DNA of 61,798 nucleotides, filler included, from Asterionella formosa (Eukaryota), in the NCBI GenBank assembly GCA_002256025.1. It is 19 parts of 19 records of this genome, joined end to end, with 100 filler letters (N's around TTAATTAATTAA, not from the genome) between each part and the next. Parts side by side here need not be neighbours in the genome. Positions count along the whole stretch, not along the records: positions 22,831 to 25,988 come from NKIB01014416.1; positions 26,089 to 29,246 come from NKIB01014417.1; positions 29,347 to 32,504 come from NKIB01014418.1; positions 32,605 to 35,765 come from NKIB01014419.1; positions 35,866 to 39,021 come from NKIB01014421.1; 14 more parts are not named here. One strand, given 5' to 3'. Each line of letters opens with the position of its first letter. Positions within the stretch are counted from its first letter, which is position 1. The translations under genes and the position numbers were made by a program. Of this stretch, positions 25,181 through 36,778 are shown piece after piece. The notes under the pieces are model-generated. The model made no database searches. It had not been told where the DNA came from and worked only from the letters and a program-made list of their open reading frames with translations.

Positions 25181-25988
25181 ATGGCTCAAGCAATCAATGC
25201 CCCTGTGGCCTTCGTTTTTGCACTCACGCCGGCTCTTGCCAACCCTGATCCTGTGGATTACAACTCCAACGAAGGGATGAAACTGTACAAGTCTGCTACT
25301 GAGAAACTCAACCATACCTTCGATGGTGAAACAGGAAGTCTCCGCCTCTTTCTTCAAGCTTTGCAGCAGAGAGCGGATTCGTTCGGGTGGGCATCCATCC
25401 TTACTGTCCCCGATGACCAGAACATTGGGAGGAGCCTGATTACTGAATATGGGAGAGTGTCTATGGCAAATGTAGTGGCTCAAGCAGCCGCACATGTGCA
25501 TACGCATACACATGACGCACAGAACAGTGCACAACTATTTACGTGCATCTATGATTCTTTATCACTTGAGGCACTACTAAAAGTCTCCACAGACTCCGCT
25601 GCGTACAGACTGGTATCACCTACTGACCACACCTTTGTGGTAGCCAGTGGAGCGGCATTCTTGAAACTCCTCATCACATGGTGCATTGTGGATACCAGGT
25701 CTACTGTGGCGACAATTCGACGAACACTAAGTGCATTGGACCAATACATGCTGTCTGTAAATTGCGATATTGAAAAGTTCAACCTACATGTTCGTGTCCA
25801 GCGCGATGCCCTCATGTCCTGTGGTGAAACCTCCTCTGACCTTTTAACTAACTTGTTTATTCCTATGAGGCTGTTGAAGACAAGGTTTTCCATGACTACA
25901 TGGTAGGGCAGCAGGATCAGTATCATGATGGGAGAGTCGATTTTTGCGTGGACTCCCTAATGGATTTGGCTCTAAATAAGTTTAAGAT
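25181..25988 (+). mobile_element. Diatom Copia (CoDi-like) gag, frameshifted and 3'-truncated
   Basis: FALTPALANPDPVDYNSNEGMKLYKSATEKL..FDG..FLQALQQRADSFGW..LITEYG..AQNSAQL..DIEKFN. After a frameshift near 25860 it continues YEAVEDKVFHDYM..LMDLALNKFK. Confidence 0.8.
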
Positions 25989-26088
25989 NNNNNNNNNNNN
26001 NNNNNNNNNNNNNNNNNNNNNNNNNNNNNNNNTTAATTAATTAANNNNNNNNNNNNNNNNNNNNNNNNNNNNNNNNNNNNNNNNNNNN

Positions 26089-26333
26089 TCTGGGGGTAAC
26101 TGTCCTCCCACTTGCATTTCTGTCAGCTTTTGCACAAAACCAAAGTATTCGTCTTCATTCAGTTTGCTATTACCGTCTATATCTGACGCCAGCATCGTAG
26201 TCAGACAACCTTGATCGGAAATAAGTCGCCTCGTATAATATGAACCGACAGCCGAACCATCTTCGAACAATCCGGCAGATGCACTGAAGAGCAAGGCTAC
26301 TAAACATAGTAAATAGGTAACGTAATCGCTCAT
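26089..26333 (-). CDS. Secreted protein with EF-hand-like loop, 3'-truncated
   Basis: Signal peptide MSDYVTYLLCLVALLFSASA, RRL processing-like motif, loop DIDGNSKLNEDE. Confidence 0.65.
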
Positions 26334-27594
26334 TGTAGGGCAGTTTTGTTCCCCCCTTTCCCTTTGTCTAGCTCCCTTGCTGTATTTATTGTTTCTACTG
26401 TGTTCACGAGAGGGCTCCTTCAGAAAGTCATGCAAACGGTAACTGACTGAACCTGTTTGAAACGATCAATGAAATAGTGACAATAGTTTGACTACTGATA
26501 AATGAGCGACGGAAGAGACTGCAATAATACCTAAAATTAGAGAGCGAAAACAAGAAATATTCTACGAATCATAATTCATAACATTTATAAATTCGTTCAA
26601 TACCGGTATTTGGAGCACATATAAGCCGGTGGGCTATAGTACCGGTTAATACGTAGTCTACCGGCATGAGGTTGTATATCGCTTTCCTTTTGTCTTGTAC
26701 ATAGTATACCGGTATTCCTCTTCTATTTCTCATTGACAAACTGAGTGATTACTATGTATTGAAAATAACGTAGGGGTCGTACTATGGCTAATGATAGAAT
26801 CGTTTGGCTAGACTTCATTTCTAGCTAACAGTCCGCAGCTTTTTGTATTTCGGCATGATCCAGTTCATCGCAATTTCTCTAATTAATCATGAAATGTTGA
26901 CGGTTCCTATTTGCCTTCTTGCCGAAAATTCAGGACCACTGCGACAGTCGTACATACGTATAATTAATTATGAATGACTGAAAATTTCGAAGACCTCAAT
27001 AAAGAGAAGTCTTAATAGTTATTTAAATTCTATATGTACTGTACATATTGAAATGTAATGGCTGAAAAATTCATTCACATCCACAAAAAAGGCTATATTA
27101 AAATACTAAGTACCCGGTACCCGTAGATTCGCAAGAAAGAACCGACTTCCGGTACAGGCAACGGTACTTCTTTTCGGAATATCAGTAAATTAAGCAAGAT
27201 GTCATGAGATAGTATTTAATTAAGTTCGGTAATAAAGATTTCAAAAAATTCTGCTCCTATCATTACTTAGGCATTTTTAGCTATAAATATACTTATCTTC
27301 AGCTTACTGTATGTAATAGATATTCTTCCTGACAAAATTACTTACCGGTTCTACATAGAATATAATCGACCGACTGAAAATTGTGTGTGGTTGCAATTCA
27401 TTTCGCGGCTGCTCGATGATACTACACAACAGGTAACAGGTAACAGGTACCAGGTACCTGGTAGATACCATCATTCCATGTCTAGTGCGGTACAAGACTA
27501 CGAAAACATGAATGGCCATAAAAGGTTTCGCTGAGATTTGATTATTTCTCGGGTACGTATCGTAGTATCGTCAGAAAATCGTGACAAAACTTGT

Positions 27595-27830
27595 ATCCTA
27601 CGATGTATGCCGGTAGAGGTTCAAAGCGGTAAAAGAATTTCGTGTGAGGCTCAAAGAAGCGTGGAAAAATGGGGAGAATGAAGGATCCTCCTACATTTTT
27701 GGGGAGAAATTCTCCCCTTTATTCCCCGCTGACGTTTATTCCCCTCTAGCTTTAATACGCATATTTTCTGCGGCCCCGTCAGCAGCCGCTTATTGGGGAG
27801 ACTTTTCTCCCCAAAAACATCGTAGGATTC
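27595..27830. repeat. Nested inverted repeats upstream of the Crypton-like ORF
   Basis: TTTTTGGGGAGAAATTCTCCCC (about 27696) is inverted to GGGGAGACTTTTCTCCCCAAAAA (about 27795), and each arm is itself palindromic. ATCCTACGATGT (27595) is inverted to ACATCGTAGGAT (27818). Confidence 0.8.
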
Positions 27831-27978
27831 ACGTTGACAGTACATGCATGATAGCTACAGCTACTAGCTATACCGGTAGTACTAGGGGTTCCGACTCAGC
27901 CAATTATGAACGTCAATTGAGAACAACAACAATCAACAATACACCTATGGAAGTGACCCACTGCCACATCAAAACATC

Positions 27979-29015
27979 ATGTCAGACAATGAAGAAATAG
28001 TTTATGCATCTCAAGAGAGATGCATGGTGAAGGAGCTTCCAAGGTCAACTGCACATACTAACTGCCCTGGATGTGGATATAGCATTCATGCTCTTTGCAG
28101 TCATTTGCATGAAGAAGCAGATATTCAGTTCAAAACAACATGCTTCCATTGCTATGAAAAGTTCGTTTGCGCCCTGATGGATCCAGATGATGCAACTGCA
28201 TTGCAACAACTACAACAAGATGAAGGGAGGAGACATGATTCTGATCAAGGACAAGAGGAGGGCATAGTAGTACTTGCGCATGTAAATATGTTGGATAGCG
28301 TTTTTCCACCAGAGATTGACAAACAAGGCAGCACTATTAGAGAACATTATACACAAAAAGCGAAGAAGGAAGCAAATAAAATGAAGTCCCTACAGCTCAT
28401 GAATTTAGCAAATATCAGAGGGAACACAAGAGCAAAATCAACAATGATCTGGCACCAGTCTGAACATGAAGTCTTTCTGTTGTTATATATATATAAACAT
28501 GAGGACCAGCTACTAGTACCAGAGATGCTAGCACATATCACTGATGATATTGATGACATTCCCATTCGTATGAAGAAAGCAAGATCAGTGATACGCAGTT
28601 TTCTTGAAAGGGAAGTCTCTACAGGATTGCATCCAATTGAATTTGAGGACCTAAACCCTAAGGACTTCGCAAAGTATCTTGGGACCCTCAGTAATCCAGT
28701 GTTGGGCTGTCTACTCAGTCAGAAGATGTATAAAAACAAGAAGACATCACTTTACAACCTGTTTAAGAAGTATAAGATGAAGGCTACAGACAACTTGTTT
28801 GATGATGAGCTGAAAGATCTCATTGCTAGCGTCAAATGAATTGCAAGTAAGGCAAAACAAAATGGGATGGGTGGCCTTGAGGAGGGAAAACATGAATTGA
28901 CAATCAACCTGAACCTAAAAATAAACATATGGTTGATTGAAGAAGGCTCTCCATCAGCTGTTTTTGCAAGTGCATTTTTATCTCTAACTTGGAATTGGAT
29001 GTGCCGTGTTGATAG
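27979..29015 (+). pseudogene. Crypton-like tyrosine recombinase, N-terminal half with PHD-like zinc finger; one stop, 3'-truncated
   Basis: Cys/His cluster at the N-terminus, then PIEFEDL..DFAKYL..YKNKKTSLYNLF..VK*IA..EEGK..FASAFLSLTWNWMCR. The WNxMCR motif carries the first catalytic Arg in CryptonF/NDC10-like proteins. TGA at 28837-28839 is in frame with the following ORF. Confidence 0.75.
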
Positions 29016-29346
29016 TGGGCGCGCTCTGATAATAAAAAATTATTATATCATGTGTGTATTATAACACAAATTATTCTGGTTATCTGCTACATAATATAGT
29101 CCTTGCGCTCTGATAATAGAGATATTTTAGATTACTTCTCTGACATTATATATATTTTTAACTTTAATTTTCAACAGTTAAATTTTCATATCGATGCATC
29201 CTCTTGTATGCTATGCCGCCTCTTGTTCATTATATGCATGAGTTCTNNNNNNNNNNNNNNNNNNNNNNNNNNNNNNNNNNNNNNNNNNNNTTAATTAATT
29301 AANNNNNNNNNNNNNNNNNNNNNNNNNNNNNNNNNNNNNNNNNNNN

Positions 29347-29611
29347 TCCGATCAGGATGGTGCTTCATGGCCAGCCGCCGATAGGCTTTCTTAATGTCTG
29401 CGAGTGTTGTGGCATCGCTGTCCTCTAGTTCGAGAATGCTGTAGTAGTTTTCCATGGCACTAACGGTTGTGGGCAGGAGGGAGGAGAGGAGTGACAATGA
29501 CAACAGTAGTCGTAGCAAGTAGAGAGACTCATACTGCAAATGGGAAGGGTAAGTGTGTACTAAGAAAAGCCCCTTCGTTTCTCGGGATGTTTTCGAGTAC
29601 GGTATGTACAT
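29347..29611 (-). CDS. DnaJ/Hsp40 J-domain protein with signal peptide (ER-type), 3'-truncated; start uncertain
   Basis: Hydrophobic LLRLLLSLSLLSSLL segment, then NYYSILEL..DIKKAYRRLAMKHHPD with the HPD motif. Confidence 0.88.
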
Positions 29612-30954
29612 TCCAGGAGTTGATAAAAAATTCACGTGTGTTGAGGATCAGAGAGTAGCAGGCAGATCATCAGTTCTGATGGCGGGCATATATCGCGATA
29701 TGACATTTGCCACCGGTACAGTATGTTCCGAATAGTCTAAATGTATCATTACCATGTGTATGTCTACATTTTACCGGTATACGGTAGTTTATAGTACCGG
29801 GATTTGAATTACCATATCTACATTTTATACAGTAACGACGCCTCCGATCAGTCATCATTGTTAACTGCGTACCGGTAAATGTGGGCAGACATGCTAAGCA
29901 TGCTAACTTTTAGTACAGTACTCCTACTACTTCGACTAATATATCGCTACTCTTAGAATTTGGTAGTAGAGCAACTGTGACTGACTACCCCAGGGGTATT
30001 TGTGTTCCAAGTACCGGTATTCCGGATTGGGAATGACTGGAAGGTGGCGAGGCGTTTTAAAAACAAAAACCGAGCTGGAAAGGCGAGTCAGGACATCGAA
30101 GTTCTGATTCATTCGGGTGCCAATGTCAAGCCGGTCCCGTGTGTCCTGGATCCCTGCATTGTCTGGTATGTTGTTTTTGTATTTGTGAGGTACGATGCGC
30201 CGGATGGTACTAAAACACTAGCGCTGGGAAACTGGTTTGTTGGCGTATGGATCCATACTATTTAAGGGGAAGGGGCTGTGGCATGATTATTCCTTGATTC
30301 CGGATTTGTGTAGAAGCGGAGCACTGCTTTGAACTTGCATACTTCCAATAAATCTCATGTTTTGGAATAAACCATGGGAAAGTGAGTTCTGGTTATAATA
30401 TTTATTGAGAGGTGGATCAATAGGCATATCTTGGAGCGAAACTTTGTGTAGCGACTACCGGTATGTAATGGTCATGATAGTATTTTTTGGGCCAGCTTTT
30501 CTGTTGGTATTGAATTCGTGATGGAGCCATGTGTGAACTGACATCCTTATTATAGAATCTGATGGCTTTATACTTGATGGTAAATAACGTAGAAAAATCT
30601 AAAAAGTGTGTTTAAGGTCAAATGATTAGAAGTTGGTCCTTGTACAAGATAAGTAGTAAGGTATGTGGTGACTAACAGTGTGGTTGAGTTATGGTCATGA
30701 AAGTTTGGAAAGCGAGCTTGTGCGCTTTTTCGTTTGTCTGTTTGTTTGTTGAGACACATCAGATTGATTTCCGACTTGCCAGTGATGTGATGTTGTGTGC
30801 GTTAATTGTTGAAACCTTAGAGTGCATCTGGCTGTGCTAGTGAAGTGCCTGAGTAGCGGGGCTGGTATCATTGTGCCTGAATTCATTAAATTCGGCTAGT
30901 TATGTTGAGGTCACATCATGATGATGTTGTAGGATGAGAGCTCAGCAGAGTGGC

Positions 30955-31256
30955 GACTCGCTCAGTCAGAGTGATAGTGACAGACTCAGTGTGTTGGTAA
31001 GCGATGGCAGGGAGAACCACTAGATTGTGTGACAGGATGATCCTTGTTCACATCAATTTCAGTTTTTGACGAGACTGTGCTTTTGTCATGCACGCTGTAG
31101 GGGGAGTCAGTGGATCCTTTGTTCCCTTTGTATCTTAGAGTGGAGACTCAGCAGTCAGAGTGATAGTGACTGGCTCAGTGTGCAGTAAGCGATGGCAGTG
31201 AGAACCACTAGTCTGTGTGACAAGATGATCCTTGTTCACATCAATTATAGTTTTTG
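30955..31256 (+). repeat. About 112-bp diverged direct repeat, two copies
   Basis: CAGTCAGAGTGATAGTGAC..GTAAGCGATGGCAG.GAGAACCACTAG..GATGATCCTTGTTCACATCAATT at about 30955-31068 and 31146-31256. Confidence 0.85.
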
Positions 31257-32688
31257 GTCAAATCATCATCCCTGATGATCTAGGCGATAGTCTAGTGACT
31301 ATCTATGATAATCTAGTGAAAGTGGTGATTGATTGCAGATGTTCACATGATCATGCTGGCCAATTCCATTGAATCCACAAAACAAGAATGAGATATCTAG
31401 CTAATCTGAGCCAAATCCATTTACGTAAAACCCTCTCATGCCATTTGGTTATCAGTAGTCCTTGCACCTGTCACAATCATTTCTTCCTTGCAGGACTTAG
31501 ATATGAGGCATGTTTTCCCATTCAAGCAATTTCCCTGCATTTGTCTCATGTGTTGTTCTCAGCTTGTTCTCGTCCATTTCTTGGCCAAAAACACAACAAA
31601 GAACTGCATCTAGTCCATCTATGTATATTCTTGCCATTGCATTAGTTACATTTTCTAGTTAGAAACGCCATTGAGCAGGGTTGGTGAGCGTTTCCAGCAC
31701 TTCAACCATCATAACTTTCTTGATAGCTAGTATAAACGAAGTCTGTTTGACACTGTCGAGATTGCCATAGTAGTGACGCATGCCGTGCTGGAGGAGCACT
31801 TGAAAAAATTTCACAGTGAAACAAGCATGGCATTGCTTGCTCGAGTTTAATCAATGCCAGCTCGACTTTAATCAATGCCAGCTCAGCTACAGTCTCCATC
31901 CTTATCCCTGCCACCTTCTGTTCCATCTCTATTTCGTCTTGTAGTGATCCTTGTCATTCCTCCAGGGTCATCATTCCATACATCAGTAATCTGTTCGGGT
32001 GTCTTGTTATTGACGTACCTGGTGGTAGCCCGAATGTTAGAGTACATGGTACATTATAATTCCTACTCCGAGTACAACATACTGTATGTATTAATTGCAT
32101 AACAATGGTGATGGCTTGGTCGATCGTATGTAATCTAATTTACCGGTAATACCGGTAAGCGTTCTCGTGCAGAGATACACAAGTAGCAGGGTGTGATCCT
32201 AGGCTTTCCTGACCTAAAAAGGAACAAGAAAGTACGAAATGGCCACCGGTGACAGTATTTCTTGGCCAAAACCTGTACTCCTAATGCTACCCTCCAGAAA
32301 TTGTAAAATGAATCTGCGCTTACCCGTGATGATGCAGGTGGTTATTTGGGTGATATTTCGATGGTATGTGGAATATAATAAAATTAAAACAAGAACTGCT
32401 AATTGGAAATCAATAGATCAGTTCTACCGTTAGTTCTTGTTCTAGGCACATCAGCTGAGCGACAGAAGTAAATCTCGATGAAATATAAACCTATACTTAA
32501 AATANNNNNNNNNNNNNNNNNNNNNNNNNNNNNNNNNNNNNNNNNNNNTTAATTAATTAANNNNNNNNNNNNNNNNNNNNNNNNNNNNNNNNNNNNNNNN
32601 NNNNTGAATAGACTATTTACAGGTAATATAGACTGATATATACATATACATCATATATATTTTAAATTAAAGCAAAACTAGGCTGACC

Positions 32689-34749
32689 ATGTTGATAGGA
32701 ATGAACCAACCTTTGCAATGCCATCGATACAGGAGGATTCTATTGGCGATGATGACCTACAAAGATGGGATAGAATATGCTACTGACTATGAGTTAAGTC
32801 TAGAGCAGCTAGCAGACATCAAGCCTGAACACATATACAAATGGATGGCTGTGAAGACTTATCGTAAACCAAACCCAAGCCAAAACGACAATCCAACATA
32901 TGGTATATCAACCTCATTGGAATATTACAAGAAGGCATTGTCCTACTTCATGCCACTCCGGCTCTCGACTTGGAATGTCATGATCAACTGTGGAAATCCA
33001 ACCAGATCTGTGCTTGTTCTTGACCTAATCAAGGCTGTAAAGAAAAAGGAGGTCCGCAAGCAGGGAAAAGCATCAGCAGCACGTCGTCCACTTGTAGCCC
33101 AAGAATTTACCAACACAATAAATGCACTTCGACGATGCAAAGACAGTATCCGCCGCTACCAGATGGTTTCTCTATGTTCCTTCCAATTCCACATGGTCGG
33201 CCGGATCGACGATTGTGTCCAATTGAAGAAGGAAAACTTGAAACCCAATCTTCGTTTTTCTTTTACCCTGATATGTCAGCTGTGTTGGTCCAAGAATGTC
33301 AAGGATGAGAGGGATGCACCAGATCAATTCCTCATGGGTGCAATGGACTCACAATATTGTGTACTACTTAACTTGGCAATCCACCTCGAGACAGAAGGAA
33401 TGTCCAATGGCAGCTCATTGGAGAATGACTGGGTTTTCCTCTTGGAACCCGATAATCCTCGGAATGCAAAAAATAAGGCATATTGTATCCTGCGAGATGA
33501 AGTTTGATCAGGTAGTGCGTTCAACAAGCTTGGCATCATTGGATTAATTGGAACACACAGCCTTCGTAAATATCCCTCAACCCATGCACAAAGGAATGGA
33601 TGCTCCCGCGATGATATAGATATCCGCGGTCGCTGGAAACGACACACAAAGCAAGTAGACATTTACATTGATGTTGATCTTCCATATCCTGATGCCAAGG
33701 TGGCAGCAGCCCTGTGTATTGGAGGAACATGTAAGTATGTGCTCAAAGAGAGTTGCGGTGTGACTGATGATTGGCTTTTGGAAATTGTTGCTCCAAATAT
33801 TCTCCTGCAGTTCCCACGTGAAGTAGCATTGACGCTAGCACGGCCACTACTATGGGCCGTTTTTGAGCCACACCTACAGGGCTACCTACCAGATACACTG
33901 ACAGAGCGCGTCAGGTCGGCATACGCATTTGTGCGTCGCCTTCCAGCAGCTGCCAATCCAGTGGAAAAAATTCCTATTATTATTACTGGTGCAGAAGGTG
34001 AGGTATATATTGACGAAATTGGTGCAGATCTCGATCAAGGTGTATGCAAGGTGGTACCACAAGGGGAACAGCCGGCAGGTGGAGCACAACGACGTCTAGC
34101 TGGTCAGCAGAGGAATGAGGTACTTGGGCTGTATTCACTGCAGAAGGAAACACAACGAGACATGAAAGAGATGCAGGCGCAAATAGTGGTACTCAAGTCA
34201 GCTATGCAAAAGGGGATGACGAAGTTGAATACAAGTCTCAATCGCCTTACAAGAATGTCATGGCAAAGGTTTAAAGTTGATGGTCTCAAGGTCGCCCCTA
34301 CAGCTGCGCCCCCAACTTTCAATGATGAAAATTTCGAATTTCAGGCTCCAGGAGTGAATAACAATCAAAACGACAATGAACTACAAGTCGAAAATGAATT
34401 CGGATTTGATGTGGGTGTAATGGTTGTGGAGCCAAAATACCACAGCAGTCTTAGTAAGACCCCAAAGACACTCTTTGTACTCTGGCAGGAGTTTGAAGTG
34501 GGAATTGGTGGTCGAAAGCCTGCTAGGCTATTTACAAGGGTTGAAAGGGGGCGTGTAAAGTGCCTCTATTGTCGGCGCAAGAAGGTTTTGTGGGAAGCAG
34601 TGGCATGCTTAGTTCGAGCTGAATATACTGCTCATGTAGCCATTGACCGCATTTATGAAGCATATGGTGTTGACAAAACAGTCTCCCAGATAATCAACCA
34701 AATGATGAAGGATCGTCGCAATGGTGGGCATCCACTTCTACAAGTTTAG
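32689..34749 (+). mobile_element. Crypton (CryptonS-like) tyrosine-recombinase transposon ORF, 686 codons with one in-frame TGA
   Basis: YKKALSYFMP, GNPTRS, catalytic set MVG-R-IDD, WSKN, GT-HSLR-K, GR-W, VDI-Y-ID, and a C-terminal GCR1_C-like helical domain (LSKTPKTLFVLWQEFEVGIGGRKPA). ORFs 32689 and 33700 are in the same frame, split only by TGA at 33505-33507. Confidence 0.88.
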
Positions 34750-35539
34750 GTTCCTGGAAATAACAATACATCGACTATCATTAACACTAAAAAATATACT
34801 AGATTTTTCAATATTCTACAATCATGTAGCAACAAGCCAAAGTTTTGTCCTCCACATCATCATTGCTTTCTTCAGAATCAATTGTGGCGATGGCGACAAT
34901 TTCCTGTCGAAGTTCTTCCAAAAGTGCGTCTGCAAATAAAAACTATCATATTTCCATGATGCATCAAAGGATTGTGATCATCTGATCATAATTTTTCGTT
35001 ATTTCATCTATTAATTTTGATAAATGCCTTTGCAATTTAAATAGTAACCCTTTTGACTACATATATTTAATTATTATATGTATTGTTTCTATTTGATTCC
35101 TGCATTCGAATTTATTGGTAGGATAATGTACCAGTTCAAGTAATGTAATTTTGCTCGTGATTTCCATCCGTCATCACTCCGATTTTTGCAACAACAACGA
35201 AATACTAGCGATGACAAGCGAAATGAATGTTTGCGATAACGTCTTCAATTTTTTGGTCAAGTGATCTTTATATCTTCAAGTAATCGTCATGTGCAGTGAA
35301 GCTTTGTTCATAATCATTCAATTAAGAGTTTACAGGAGAGAAGAAACCATTCAAACTCGTAATGTTTCCGCACAGCACCACAGCGTTTCGTCCACTTCAG
35401 CATGACAATCTCGCCAATCAACCCATAAACAAACACATTCTACTTGTTCTCGTTGAAATTTTCAATTCTCACATGATACTACATCTACTATTGAGATTCA
35501 GCATAGAAAGAGATACGAAAATGTGCGTAACAGACTACT

Positions 35540-35765
35540 GTCCACATAGCTATAGTTATAGAATGATTCTGATTAGAACGCATTTCATTTTCATATCGCT
35601 CGCTCGTTTCTGCATTTGGTATACTGTACTTGAATTAACTATTGAACTTGTCCGCATCTTTGATACCATCAAGCAAGAGAGCGAAAGCAAGTGGCTCTTT
35701 TCATTGTTGTTTGCTCGTAGGAAGAATTTGATATCTGTATCGTCATTTGCTTGTTGGAATTGTCC
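35540..35765. repeat. Repeat shared, inverted, with 48566-48787
   Basis: TGTCCACATAGCTATAG...GTTGGAATTGTCC is the near-exact reverse complement of the last ~222 nt of the contig ending at 48787. Confidence 0.93.
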
Positions 35766-36139
35766 NNNNNNNNNNNNNNNNNNNNNNNNNNNNNNNNNNN
35801 NNNNNNNNNTTAATTAATTAANNNNNNNNNNNNNNNNNNNNNNNNNNNNNNNNNNNNNNNNNNNNGTTAGTAATGACGGCTTGCGTGGGGAGGTGGACGT
35901 GAACAACGGATCGATGGTATCGTTGGTCGGCATTTTTTTGTTGTTGTACTGCGAATCAAAACAATGCCGAGCAACAAATCGTGATAACGGTACCGGTAGT
36001 CTACATTGGTATGATACCGGTAAACAATACCGGTCGTAATTGCAACGATAACGAAAACAAAGGAGCATTACGACCATTTTTTTTAGGTTCACGTTTTGTA
36101 GCGATATCAAGCTTCAGGTATACCGGGACTTTTCCCAAA

Positions 36140-36255
36140 CAGGGTTGAAAAAGAGAAAACTATTCGTAAATTCAACTGCCCATTGGCATTTGCACCACAA
36201 TTGCACCACCGATTGCACCACTGTTACTTAGAGAAACCAAAATTGCACCAACAGA
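36140..36255 (+). mobile_element. Possible hAT-like terminus with subterminal repeats
   Basis: CAGGGTTGAAA (Ac-like CAGGGATGAAA, 10 of 11) followed by four TTGCACCA copies. No matching right end found. Confidence 0.35.
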
Positions 36256-36778
36256 CTATCCATATATAAAATCCGTGCTACGGCCTGCACTACCGTAGTG
36301 ATATTTTCTACATAGGATCACGATCAGATTCACATAAGATATGTATTTTGTAGTAGCCAACGGCCTTAGGCTACCCGGTACATACATGTAATAGGACATA
36401 CCGGTACTAGTAAAGTATTGCTAGCATTTTGTATCATATATTTAGGTTACTACCGGTAATGAATTTTTAACTGCCCGTAAGGCACTCCTTGCTGACGTCA
36501 TATTGTCGCTGCACCACATTGGACCACCATGGACCTACTGGTACTGCACCATGAAATACAGATTAAATGAAAGACGATTTAGCGGTATTCCATATTTTGT
36601 TCCTACCGGTAGCAGGAAAACTGAGCACCTTATCCTTCTCCATTATCGGACCAATGTAGCTGCAAGTTGCGCTGATTTTTGCTTAAAAAAACAATTTAAT
36701 ATCTGATAAAGATAGCTAAACTCTTAGTTTCAGCACAATAAAGGCAACTTGCTATTAGACTGACTACAACTACCGGTA

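Noticed and set aside
31380..32000. Decayed ORF with IKLEQAMPCLFHCE resembling a transposase motif
   Set aside because: Too short and too disrupted to assign a family.
33505..33507. Alternative genetic code (TGA=Trp) or programmed readthrough
   Set aside because: Host genes use TGG for Trp, the USP gene ends in TGA (49266-49268), and other TE ORFs are broken by TAG, TAA or frameshifts. Ordinary decay is simpler.
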